DNA of 63,846 nucleotides, filler included, from Octopus bimaculoides (GCF_001194135.2; 6 parts of 4 records of this genome joined end to end with filler, not necessarily neighbours in it), one strand, 5' to 3'. Shown: positions 12,992-25,062, counted from the first letter of the whole stretch. Notes: a model not told the origin generated them from the letters alone. Numbers and translations are program-made.

Positions 12992-14236
12992 TTTATGTTT
13001 GACTTTTGTACAAGTTGGATCCAAGTCTCACCCAGAGACCTCAAGAGACNNNNNNNNNNNNNNNNNNNNNNNNNNNNNNNNNNNNNNNNNNNNNNNNNNN
13101 NNNNNNNNNNNNNNNNNNNNNNNNNNNNNNNNNNNNNNNNNNNNNNNNNNNNNNNNNNNNNNNNNNNNNNNNNNNNNNNNNNNNNNNNNNNNNNNNNNNN
13201 NNNNNNNNNNNNNNNNNNNNNNNNNNNNNNNNNNNNNNNNNNNNNNNNNNNNNNNNNNNNNNNNNNNNNNNNNNNNNNNNNNNNNNNNNNNNNNNNNNNN
13301 NNNNNNNNNNNNNNNNNNNNNNNNNNNNNNNNNNNNNNNNNNNNNNNNNNNNNNNNNNNNNNNNNNNNNNNNNNNNNNNNNNNNNNNNNNNNNNNNNNNN
13401 NNNNNNNNNNNNNNNNNNNNNNNNNNNNNNNNNNNNNNNNNNNNNNNNNNNNNNNNNNNNNNNNNNNNNNNNNNNNNNNNNNNNNNNNNNNNNNNNNNNN
13501 NNNNNNNNNNNNNNNNNNNNNNNNNNNNNNNNNNNNNNNNNNNNNNNNNNNNNNNNNNNNNNNNNNNNNNNNNNNNNNNNNNNNNNNNNNNNNNNNNNNN
13601 NNNNNNNNNNNNNNNNNNNNNNNNNNNNNNNNNNNNNNNNNNNNNNNNNNNNNNNNNNNNNNNNNNNNNNNNNNNNNNNNNNNNNNNNNNNNNNNNNNNN
13701 NNNNNNNNNNNNNNNNNNNNNNNNNNNNNNNNNNNNNNNNNNNNNNNNNNNNNNNNNNNNNNNNNNNNNNNNNNNNNNNNNNNNNNNNNNNNNNNNNNNN
13801 NNNNNNNNNNNNNNNNNNNNNNNNNNNNNNNNNNNNNNNNNNNNNNNNNNNNNNNNNNNNNNNNNNNNNNNNNNNNNNNNNNNNNNNNNNNNNNNNNNNN
13901 NNNNNNNNNNNNNNNNNNNNNNNNNNNNNNNNNNNNNNNNNNNNNGATGGGTAAGGGCTTTGTCAATATCTGGATTATTCACTCTCTTTGGGTATTTGCC
14001 ATTGAGAGGTTTTCCATGCCATTTTTCAGTCATAATATCTAAGGCAGCAATTTTAGCACGGGTTTTCAAGCGCTTAGCTTTTTCTGCAGGTGTTTCTAGT
14101 TCGTCTAATTCTTGAATTTGTTGCAATTGGAATTCACTTAGATATTCCTTTGCCTGTTTTGTTACTGAGTAAGATGCTTTCTTGCTTTCATGTTTTGAGA
14201 CAAGTTTTAGCATCCAGTCCTCAGAGTTTTTCAGAG

Positions 14237-14240
<4 letters not shown>
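12992..14240 (-). mobile_element. 5'-truncated R4/Dong-clade (RLE) non-LTR retrotransposon inside (AAT)n; middle hidden by a 896-nt gap
   Basis: Peptide ...TEKWHGKPLNGKYPKRVNNPDIDKALTH (WxxKPLHGKY-type motif upstream of the CCHC/RLE region); far side of the gap ends in an (AAT)n tail; AAT tracts on both sides. Linking both sides of the gap is inference. Confidence 0.7.
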
Positions 14241-14308
<68 letters not shown>

Positions 14309-14469
14309 TATTTTTATTACTACTACTACTACTGCTATTACCATCATCATCATCTTCATCATTTGTTTCTACTTCTTTGTTTTCATCTTCTTATTTGTCT
14401 TCTTTGTCGCCTTCTTTTTCTTTTTTCTCTTTCTTCTTTTTCTCCTTATTATCAATATTGTTATTGTTG

Positions 14470-14524
<55 letters not shown>

Positions 14525-14713
14525 CATTATTATTATTATTATCATCATCATCGTTATTATTCTTATCAACATCGTGTCTTTCAACAGTTTCATGCAAGCT
14601 TTTAGAACGCAACCAGTTGCGCATCCATGTTTACTGAGGTGTGTAGCAGCATTGTCTTTTGGGAACACACTATTGTGGCCTCTACGCTTTTGTCGTAATA
14701 ACGCTTGATTACA

Positions 14714-14778
<65 letters not shown>

Positions 14779-14832
14779 TATCACCGTTATTTACCATTAT
14801 TACCATTCTTATCATCATCATCATCATCTTCA

Positions 14833-14882
<50 letters not shown>

Positions 14883-14956
14883 GCTATTTATTCATCTGTT
14901 CTGCTATATATTNNNNNNNNNNNNNNNNNNNNNNNNNNNNNNNNNNNNNNNNNNNN

Positions 14957-15002
<46 letters not shown>
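14241..15002. repeat. (ATT/ACT/ATC)n tracts and (AG)n
   Basis: Direct reading. Confidence 0.9.
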
Positions 15003-15006
<4 letters not shown>

Positions 15007-15319
15007 GGAAAGTAAAAGACGAAGTTACACCATTATCCCTGGTCGCTTCGGCATGGAGATTTTAAAAGAACGTGACAAGGCTGCTGATAGTTCAAAGACT
15101 ACAGTAGCACCAACATACCATTCCATTCCATTCCATACCATTCCATTACGACTCTTTGCAGTTTTTCATAAAGTGTCCTCTTTTATGCATTTTTATTGAA
15201 TATGTTCATTTGTTACGTGTAAACTGGCTCCGCACAGTTGAGAATGCCGTTTATCCGTATTGCAACCATATCTGTATATACAGATATATATGCAAGAGGG
15301 TGGGCGTCTCCGGGCTATA

Positions 15320-15429
15320 AGTGTGTATATGTGTGTGTATCTGTGCGTGTATATTTGTGTGTCTGTGCGTGACTGTGTGTCTGTGTGTGCGTGTGTGTAT
15401 ATGTGTTTGTACGTATGCGGTGGCAATGG

Positions 15430-15479
<50 letters not shown>

Positions 15480-15605
15480 TATATGGAGAGAGAGGGAGAG
15501 AGAGAGAGAGTCATGTATGTATGTATGTATGTATGTATAGATAGATAGATATGAAGTTATGTGTATATATAACTCTAAACACATATATATATGTATGTGT
15601 ATTTA

Positions 15606-15686
<81 letters not shown>

Positions 15687-16490
15687 NNNNNNNNNNNNNN
15701 NNNNNNNNNNNNNNNNNNNNNNNNNNNNNNNNNNNNNNNNNNNNNNNNNNNNNNNNNNNNNNNNNNNNNNNNNNNNNNNNNNNNNNNNNNNNNNNNNNNN
15801 NNNNNNNNNNNNNNNNNNNNNNNNNNNNNNNNNNNNNNNNNNNNNNNNNNNNNNNNNNNNNNNNNNNNNNNNNNNNNNNNNNNNNNNNNNNNNNNNNNNN
15901 NNNNNNNNNNNNNNNNNNNNNNNNNNNNNNNNNNNNNNNNNNNNNNNNNNNNNNNNNNNNNNNNNNNNNNNNNNNNNNNNNNNNNNNNNNNNNNNNNNNN
16001 NNNNNNNNNNNNNNNNNNNNNNNNNNNNNNNNNNNNNNNNNNNNNNNNNNNNNNNNNNNNNNNNNNNNNNNNNNNNNNNNNNNNNNNNNNNNNNNNNNNN
16101 NNNNNNNNNNNNNNNNNNNNNNNNNNNNNNNNNNNNNNNNNNNNNNNNNNNNNNNNNNNNNNNNNNNNNNNNNNNNNNNNNNNNNNNNNNNNNNNNNNNN
16201 NNNNNNNNNNNNNNNNNNNNNNNNNNNNNNNNNNNNNNNNNNNNNNNNNNNNNNNNNNNNNNNNNNNNNNNNNNNNNNNNNNNNNNNNNNNNNNNNNNNN
16301 NNNNNNNNNNNNNNNNNNNNNNNNNNNNNNNNNNNNNNNNNNNNNNNNNATATACATATACATATATACATATATATACATACATATATATACATATATA
16401 TACATATATAAATATATATATATATATACACACACACACATACACATATGTATGTATGTATGTATGTATCTATATGTATATATGCGTGCA
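15320..16490. repeat. (TG)n/(TA)n/(TATG)n cluster around an N gap
   Basis: Direct reading. Confidence 0.9.
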
Positions 16491-16945
16491 TGTCGGCTAT
16501 GCGTTCCTACTCAGATTTTCTAGAAATCTTTGCGTCGCTTTTATGTTAAAACACATCAAGACAAAGATTTGCTGAAGTGTACTCAGGCGAAAAGTCTTTC
16601 CAATATTGATACACGATTTCTGCTTTTCCATTGAAGATCATATGACAAGGTATGTACATAATTCAGTGAAGTAAGAACGTTCGATTGGATGAAATATATC
16701 GATTAGTCGTATTGGTATTAGCTAAGGAAATGAAGAAACTTGGCGACGAGAACATACCCAGGGAACGCTTTCGCAATGAAAAGCAAATAGTTAAGTTTAA
16801 TAAATAATGGTTTTTCTACTAGGTCAAGAAAAAATATCAATTTTGTTAATTGTAATTAAACAAGGATGGTGAATTGGCTATATTCAACACGACTAACCAC
16901 TGCATCTCAAATTACTGGCCTTTTGACAAAATTTTAAATAAAATA

Positions 16946-17095
16946 ACTGGCAGAATCGTTAAAGTGACGAAAGAAATGCTTAGCGGCAATTCTTCCAGCT
17001 GTTTACATTCTGAGTTCACATTCCAATGAGGTCGACGATGTCTACCATTGTTTTGGAATCGATAAAATAAGTATTACTTGGGCACACTGGGGCTG
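16946..17095 (+). mobile_element. Degenerate SINE family A abutting the Tc1 relic
   Basis: actggcagaatcgtta...aaatgcttagcgg...gagttcacattcc...gaggtcgac...cactgggg. Confidence 0.65.
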
Positions 17096-17097
17096 AT

Positions 17098-17549
17098 ACA
17101 TTCTTCCACTGCTCTGGGGACCAATTCAGTAGATTTTTACTCCACTCTAAACGCTTTGTAATGTTTGTTTTTGAAAGTAGTGGTTTTCTGATTGTAGCAC
17201 CCCACCCCCACCACGTTAAATCCAGCTTTGCGCAGCTCCGGCGAAGAGTTTTTGTGGAAAGTGGGTTCTCGAGGTGGTCATTAAGTTCTGCAGCAATTTT
17301 GGAAGCTGTACTTTTGTGATCCTTTCTAACAATTCGTGTAAGAGTCCGACGGTCCGTATCTGAAAGTTCTGGGTTTTTTCCGGAGTTTTGTTTCGACGAG
17401 GAAGTTTTTCCCTCTTTCTCAAAGGCTGTCATTACTTTCGAGACAGTACTTATTGATACATCAAACATTTCGGCTGTTTTCGTTACGCTAGCGCCTGCCA
17501 TACGAGCACTAACAATTTGAATTCTTTGAAAGTCCGATAGATCTGTCAT
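17098..17549 (-). pseudogene. Tc1-like transposase, N-terminal DNA-binding region only
   Basis: MTDLSDFQRIQIVSARMAGAS...SISTVSKV...SGK...LSDTDRR...KPLLS...KRLEWS...WSPEQWKNV: paired-like HTH, basic linker and the segment that normally precedes FSDES; truncated there. Confidence 0.85.
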
Positions 17550-17612
17550 TCTAATGAATTTTAATGACCTTTTTCTGATGATATCTGAAACGAAACAGCA
17601 ATTTTAGCAAAA

Positions 17613-17712
17613 NNNNNNNNNNNNNNNNNNNNNNNNNNNNNNNNNNNNNNNNNNNNTTAATTAATTAANNNNNNNNNNNNNNNNNNNNNNNNNNNNNNNN
17701 NNNNNNNNNNNN
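17613..17712. other. Artificial 100-bp join: N44-TTAATTAATTAA-N44
   Basis: Identical construct five times in the window. Confidence 0.97.
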
Positions 17713-20700
17713 GTATTCCCAGTACAATGACGGATGAACGAAGTCGATTATCAGAAAGAGAGAGTACTATTAGATCGATATCAGATCAGCGAAGTCAGAT
17801 ATCGGGAAAAATGAGTATTCCCAGTTCAATAACGGACCGTCGGAGTGAAGTATCTGAAAGAGAGAGTATTCCCAGTACAATGACGGATCAACGAAGTCGA
17901 TTATCAGAAAGTGAGAGTACTATTAGATCGATATCAGATGGGCGAAGTCAGTTATCGGGAACAATGAGCATTCCCAGTTCAATAACGGACCGTCGGACCG
18001 AAATGTCTGAAAGAGAAAGTATTCCAAGTACAATGACGGATCAACGAAGTCGATTATCAGAAAGAGAGAGTACTATCAGATCGATATCAGATCAGCGAAG
18101 TCAGATATCTGGAACAACGAGTATTCCCATTTCAATAACGGACCGTCGAAGTGAAATATCTGAAAGAGAGAGTGTCCCAAGTACAATGACTGATCAACGA
18201 AGTCGATTATCTGAAAGAGAGAGTACTATCAGATCGATATCCGATGATCAAATTCATATATCGGGAACAATGAGTATTCCGAGTCCTATGATAGACCAGC
18301 GGAGTGAAGTATCTGAAAGAGAGTCTATCGTAAGTTGGATGCCAGACCATAGAAGTAGATTATCAGAAAGAGAGAGCACTGTCAGGTCGATATCAGATCA
18401 GCGAAGTCAAATGTCCAGAACAAGGAGTATTCCAAGTTCAACAACAGACCGTTGGAGTGAAGTAACTGAAAGAGAGTCTGTCCCCAGTACAATCACGGAA
18501 CAACGAAGTCGGTTATCGGAAAGGCAGAGTACTCTCGGATCGATATCAGATGAGCGGAGTCAGATATCCAGTTCAATGAGTATTTCCACTTCGGAAGCAG
18601 ACCGACGGAGTGATGTAACTGAAAGAGAGAGTATTCCCAGTACAATAACTGCTCATCGAAGCCGTTTATCAGAACAGGAGGTTACTCAGTCTCCTGTACC
18701 TGACGTTCAGAGTCCGATATCACAGAGAGAGAAAATCCATAGTTTGGTACCAGAAAAGTGGAGTCAAATATCAGAAAAAGAGAGAATGCTCGTCTCTACT
18801 GCAGACCAACGAAGCGCAACACCTAGCAAACGTACTATTCGCAGTTCAATAGCCGATATTCGTAGTCAAATATCCCGAAGTGTGAGAAGTCTCATATCTC
18901 CGTTAGATAAGCGGAGTCGCATATCAGAAAGGGAGAGCATTCAGACGGCGATAGCCTACCAGCTAAGTCAATTACCTGGTAAGGAGAACATTCCTAGTTC
19001 TCCGCCAGTCGAAGTGAGTCATATATCTGAAAGAGAGAGTATTCCTAGTTTAATGAGAGACCAACGTAGTCAGATATCTGGACGAGAGAGTATTCCCATT
19101 TCAATGGCTGACCAACGAAGTCAGATATCTGTAAAAGAGAGTACCCCCAGTTCAATGATTGACCAAGGAAGTATGTCATCTAGAAGAGAGAGTATACGTA
19201 GTTCAAAAGAAGAACAGCTTAGTCCAATAACAAGAATACAAAGTATCTCTAGTGAAATGGGAGATCAACACAGTCAGATTACTGGACGAGAGAGTACTCT
19301 TAGTTCAACAAGTGAACGGCGTAGCCGTGTGTCTCTAAGGCACAGTACTCCTAGTGCGATTGCACTCCAACACAGTATGTTATCGAGAAGCGACAGCAAT
19401 CTGAGTTCTGTACAAGATCAAGAAAGCCATATATCTGAACCACCACCTATTCGAGGTTCGCTCTCAGAGGAATGGAGTCAAATATCCGGAAAACATAGTA
19501 GAGTTAGCACAGTAACAGAACAATGGAGTAAATCATCGCGAACTGAGAGCCTACGTATTTCTGTACCAGACGAGCAGATAAGTGGAAGAGAGAGTATTCA
19601 AAGTCCACTGTCTCTCCAAAGGAGCGAAATGTTTCAAAGAGAAAGAATATATAGTAGTGTATTAGGTCAAAGGAGTCGGGATGATGAAAGTGCATCATTT
19701 AAAACTTCTATACCAGAACAGCAAAGTCGAATAACAGAGAAAGAGAGTATTGTTCGTTCAGTACCAGACCAACGAAGCCGGCTTTATGAAATGGTGAGTA
19801 CTGAGAGACCTTTCGCTGAAGAACGTCAGTTATCTAAAAGCGAAAGTAGTATTCAGTCTGGTTCAGACGAACGGAGTTATACATCTAGAAGAGAGATTAT
19901 TCGTAGTTCAACAACAGAACCGAGCCTAATATCAAGAAGAGAAAGTATTCCTGGTTCAATGATAGACCAACGTAGTCAGATATCTGGAAAGGAGAGCACC
20001 CTCAGTTCAATGACAGACCAACGAAGTCAAATATCTGGAAGAGAGAGTACTCCCAGTACGATGAGAGACCAACGAAGTCAGATATCTAGAAGGGAGAGTN
20101 NNNNNNNNNNNNNNNNNNNNNNNNNNNNNNNNNNNNNNNNNNNNNNNNNNNNNNNNNNNNNNNNNNNNNNNNNNNNNNNNNNNNNNNNNNNNNNNNNNNN
20201 NNNNNNNNNNNNNNNNNNNNNNNNNNNNNNNNNNNNNNNNNNNNNNNNNNNNNNNNNNNNNNNNNNNNNNNNNNNNNNNNNNNNNNNNNNNNNNNNNNNN
20301 NNNNNNNNNNNNNNNNNNNNNNNNNNNNNNNNNNNNNNAACGTCAGTTATCTAAAAGCGAAAGTAGTATTCAGTCTGGTTCAGACGAACGAAGTCAGATA
20401 TCTGGAAGAGAGAGTATTCCCAGTTCAATGAGAGACGAACGAAGTCAGATATCTGGAAGAGAGAGTACTCCCAGTTCCATGAGAGACGAACGAAGTCAGA
20501 TATTTGGAAGAGAGAGTACTCTCAGTTCAATGAGAGACGAACGAAGTCAGATATCTGGAAGAGAGAGTATTCCCAGTTCCATGAGAGACGAACGAAGTCA
20601 AATATCTGGAAGAGAGAGTATTCCAAGTTCCATGAGAGACGAACGAAGTCAGATATCTGGAAGAGAGAGTACTCCCAGTTCAATGAGAGAACAACGAAGT

Positions 20701-22980
20701 CAGATATCTGGAAGAGAGAGTACNNNNNNNNNNNNNNNNNNNNNNAAGTTCCATGAGAGACGAACGAAGTCAGATATCTGGAAGAGAGAGTACTCCCAGT
20801 TCAATGAGAGAACAACGAAGTCAGATATCTGGAAGAGAGAGTACTCCCAGTTCAATGAGAGACGAACGAAGTCAGATATTTGATCGAATGCGCAGTTCTA
20901 TACCAGACCAAAGAAGTCATATTTCTGAACGAGATAGTATTTACAGTTCAGAGCAGCACAGTCACGTATCAGAAAGAGACAGTCACTTTAGTTCAATACC
21001 AGAACAACGGACACAAACATCGAGAAGTGAGAGTAGTCTTAGTTCAATAGTAGGTCAACCGAGTGAGGCATCTGTATCTGAGAGTATGCTTCGTTCTACT
21101 CCCGATGAACAGCTTCAGATATCTAGAGGAGACAGTGTTCGTAGTTCAATTCCCAGCCAGCGCAGTCAGATATCAGATAGATGGAATACATTTAGTTCTA
21201 TGCAAGACCAGCAGAATCAGGTCTCTGGTACAGAGAGTATTCTTAGTTCGATACCAGATCAGTGGAGTCGGGTATTTCTCAGAGAGAGTATTCAAAGATC
21301 AGTACCAGACCAGTGGAGTCAGACATCTGAAAGTGAGAATATTCGCCAAACTATAGCACCTCATTTGACATACATATCTGCAAGAGAGAGTACTCCCAGT
21401 TTAATAGTAGAACGAGGGAGTCATACATCTGAAAGTTCTATATCTGACCAGCGGAGCCAGATTACTGGAAAGGAGAGTTTTGTCAGTTCATTACCAGATC
21501 AAGGAAGTCCAGTAACAGACCGACGGAGACAGGCGTCTGAAAGAGAGAGTAGTTTTAGTTCAGTTCCAGGTCACCGCAGTCAAATATTCCAAAGTGAGAG
21601 TATTCCAAATTTAGCAGCTGACGAAATGAGCCACATATCTGGAAGTGAGAAAGTTTACACTCCTGTATCTGACGAATGGAGACAATCATCTAGAAATGAA
21701 AGCATTGTAAGTTCAACACCATTTCAACGGAGTCAAATATCAGGAAGAGAGAGTACTCACAGTTCTATTCCAGAGCAGCGGGGTTTGATGTCTAAAAGCC
21801 AGAGTATTTCCAGCACAATTCAAGATCAACTCAGTCAAATATATGGAACCGAGAGTATTCATAGTGGAATAGTAGGCCAAGGAATGTCTTCAATAGAGAG
21901 TGCTCCAGATTCTGTACTTAGCAGATATAGTCCCATGTCTGAAAGAGAAAGGTCTCCCAGATCTGTGTCAGACCAGCAGAGTCAACTATCTGATATAAAG
22001 AGTATTCATTCAATACCAGAACAACAAAATCAAATACTAGAAAGAGAGAGACTACACAGTTCTATTACGAGCCAACGAAGTCAGATATCTGGAAGAGAGA
22101 GTACACCTAGTTCAATGATACTTCAACGGAGTCAGATATCCGGAAGAGAGAGTATACCTGGTTCCATGATGGACCAGCGGAGTCAGATATCTGGAAGAGT
22201 GAGTACTTCCAGTTCAATGAGAGACCAACGAAGTCAGATATCTGGAAGAGAGAGTATTCCTAGTTCAGTGACAGACCAGCGGAGTCAGATATCCGAGCGA
22301 GAGAGTACCTCCAGGTCAATGACAGACCAACGAAGTCAGATATCTGGAAGAGAGAGCACTCTCAGTTCAACGACAGACCAACGAAGCCAGATATCTAGAA
22401 GGGAGAGTATTCCTAGTTCAAACCAGCGAAGTCAGATATCTGGAAGAGAGAGTACCCCCAGTTCAATGAGAGACCAACGAAGTCAGATATCTGGAAGAGA
22501 GAGTACCCCCAGTTCAATGAGAGACCAACGAAGTCAGATATCTGANNNNNNNNNNTCTGGAAGAGAGAGTACCCCCAGTTCAATGAGAGACCAACGAAGT
22601 CAGATATCTGAAAGAGTGAGTACACCAAGCTCAATGACAGACCAACGAAGTCAGATATCTGAAAGAGTGAGTATACCAAGCTCAATGACAGACCAACAAA
22701 GTCATTTATCTGGAAGGGAGAGTATTCCTAGTTCAATGATGGAGCAGCAAAGCCAGATATCTAGAAGAGAGAGTACCCCCAGTTCAATGAGAGACGAACG
22801 AAGTCAGATATCTGGAAGAGAAAGTACTCCTGGTTCAATGATGGGCCAGCAGAGTGAGATATCTGGGAGAGAGAGTATCCCCAGTTCAATGAGAGACGAA
22901 CGAAGTCAGATATCTGGAAGAGAGAGTACTCCCAGTTCAATGAGAGAGAGTACTCCAAGTTCAATGAGAGAGAGGAGTCA
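17713..22980 (+). repeat. Coding 51-bp tandem repeat array; 153-bp higher-order repeat at 17715-18630
   Basis: Unit agtactcccagttcaatgagagaccaacgaagtcagatatctggaagagag; near-identical blocks at about 19950-20880 and 22070-22980. Confidence 0.95.
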
Positions 22981-24259
22981 CAGTTCAAGAACACAACTCT
23001 CTGGCAGTAGAGCTTCAACAGCTTCATCATCAAAATCTTTCCATCACTCATCCAAAGATGGCACTGATAGTAATCTATCGCCAGACAACCTGAGTTCAAG
23101 ATCCACCTCACATAAAGCAGTATCAGAAATATCAAGTGGCAGATCTATTAGGCAGGACAAGAACACTTCTGTTACTGAAGTCCTTGATGAGCTTAGTAGA
23201 AGTTCTCGCACTCAATCATCATCGACTGATTTGCCAGCTGGAATTCAACCAAGAGATTCATCTGTAGCCTCATCTCAACAATTCAGATCTGAAAGTGATG
23301 TTGCTTTAACTGAGGTATCGAATGAATCTTCTAGATCTCAACAGACTACGGTAGTTGGGAATGAGTCTGATTCTGTACGTTCTCTTTCAAAATCAAACAG
23401 TAGTCATTCTTCGCAAGCATCAAAGAGTGCCTCTTCAGATAAAATTAGCACCAACTCAAATGCTTTAAAAAGTACTCTTGACAAAAGTCAAAATAATAAT
23501 ATGACAAGTGCTAAAAAATATGCCTGGAAAACTGCAAAGAAATTTGACAAACCTGGTACCTCCCAAAAGAAAAAAAGTACTAACTTAAATAGCAAGAATT
23601 TTCCTGGTAACAGAAAGAAAAATCAAATTGATTCAAGTCAAAATGCAGACCAAGACAGATCTAATGACCAAATAGATAAGCCAGAAAATACTAGTTCAAC
23701 TGCTGCAGCTGAACGAAATGTAAAAAGTTTGTCAGATGGTTTCTCAAAGAAACAGGCAAAAAAGTCCCAAGGAAGGGAAAATATTAGTGAAGGAGAGTAT
23801 GTTTGTGAAGAAAATACTGAATCCAATCTTGACAACAATTCTAGCAATAATAAAGTGGTTGCATCTACATCTAGGTTTTGCAAAGATACTATAAAAGTAT
23901 GTAGTGAATCAGCTCATGGAATGCAGTCTTCAACAACAGACAAAGAATATGTTAACAAACTGGTCAAATCTGAAAAAGTCTATTATAATTTTCCAGAATC
24001 CTCTCGTAACCTCATAAACTCTGGAGATAAATTCAGTCTTTATGGAGCCCTTCGAAAAGATGGGAATCGTTATGTTTTCCGCTTAATGCAATACCTTGAA
24101 CAGACCTATGAAAACATTGATGGAGTAGCACGGCCATTGCAAGGAAGGAAAATATTAATTTCAAACTCTTACGTGTTTAACAGATATCTTGATTGCTCTG
24201 GAGTACTTTCATTCATTACAAAGAAGCCCAAGTACCCATGTCTGAATAATCCAGATTAA
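17713..24259 (+). CDS. Giant repeat-protein coding segment (over 2000 aa): about 100 x 17-aa Ser/Arg/Glu/Gln repeats, linker, unique C-terminal domain; 5' end missing
   Basis: The same repeat frame is open in every sequenced block (17713-20099, 20339-20723, 20746-24259); frame changes occur only at N gaps; in-frame indels; stop TAA at 24257-24259; open right up to the upstream gap. Confidence 0.85.
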
Positions 24260-24443
24260 AACATAATCGTATATGAATTGTAATTATCCTTGTACCTATG
24301 ATCTTTTTTCTGAGAGTTTTTATCCAGAGCCCGATTTGAAGATCAAAAGAATGTCAAATTTTAGAATGAAAACTTTATCAAGACTATCCTGTCTCTAAAG
24401 GCAAAATCGACTTTAGTAAAATAATCAGAACAAATCAAACATT

Positions 24444-24449
24444 AATAAA
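24444..24449 (+). promoter_or_regulatory. Candidate polyadenylation signal AATAAA for the repeat gene
   Basis: AATAAA about 185 nt after the stop; common by chance in AT-rich DNA. Confidence 0.3.
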
Positions 24450-25062
24450 TTATTTATATAACGGAAAAAGTTCTTAATTTTAATGAATACAAGTTTCCTC
24501 ATTTATGCATACATATACATTTTTTTTTATTTTGAAAGAGAGAGAGAGAAGAACATGGGCTTAAATTTGTAATGCTGAAACATATGTAACAGATGAAAAA
24601 ATCATCTGCTACATATGTTTCAGTATTCAGTTACACATGATATCTCACTATAGATGCAATCTGTACACACACAGCATAAGGGCAGCATGCATTAGCAAAC
24701 ACATCTCCAGATATAGGATATGGTACCCTTATGAAGATGCATCTACAGATTGTATCGATTGTAAGACATCATGTGTTACCCAATGCCAAAACATATGTAA
24801 CAAATGAAATAGAGGAGTACCAGGTTCAAGCCCATGTTCTTTTTCCTCTCATTGCTGATGTGCTCATATATTACATTATCGCCCACATCAGACAGCACAG
24901 AACCCATGTAAATATGTAACAGCGGAAATTTAATGGGATTAACAATAATAGTCGAACCCTGAATGAAATAATTGTTGGGTGCTTAGCGCATCAAACTCTG
25001 TGTGTGTGTGTGTGTGCACGCATGTGTGTGTGTGCATGCATATATATATATATATATATATT

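Noticed and set aside
15118-15148. (CATTC)n resembling human satellite II/III
   Set aside because: Only about six units; an ordinary pentanucleotide microsatellite.
17657-17668. TTAATTAATTAA as a recurring regulatory or PacI site (also 37400, 51204, 55916, 61481)
   Set aside because: Always centred in N44...N44; an artificial six-frame-stop linker. Adjacency across these joins is unreliable.
20341-20883. Stops at 20352 and 20881 splitting the repeat ORF into three genes
   Set aside because: They appear only when a frame is carried through an N gap of estimated length; the repeat frame is open on both sides.
17713-22980. Repeat protein as a reflectin
   Set aside because: It lacks the Met/Tyr/Trp-rich reflectin motif and aromatic content.
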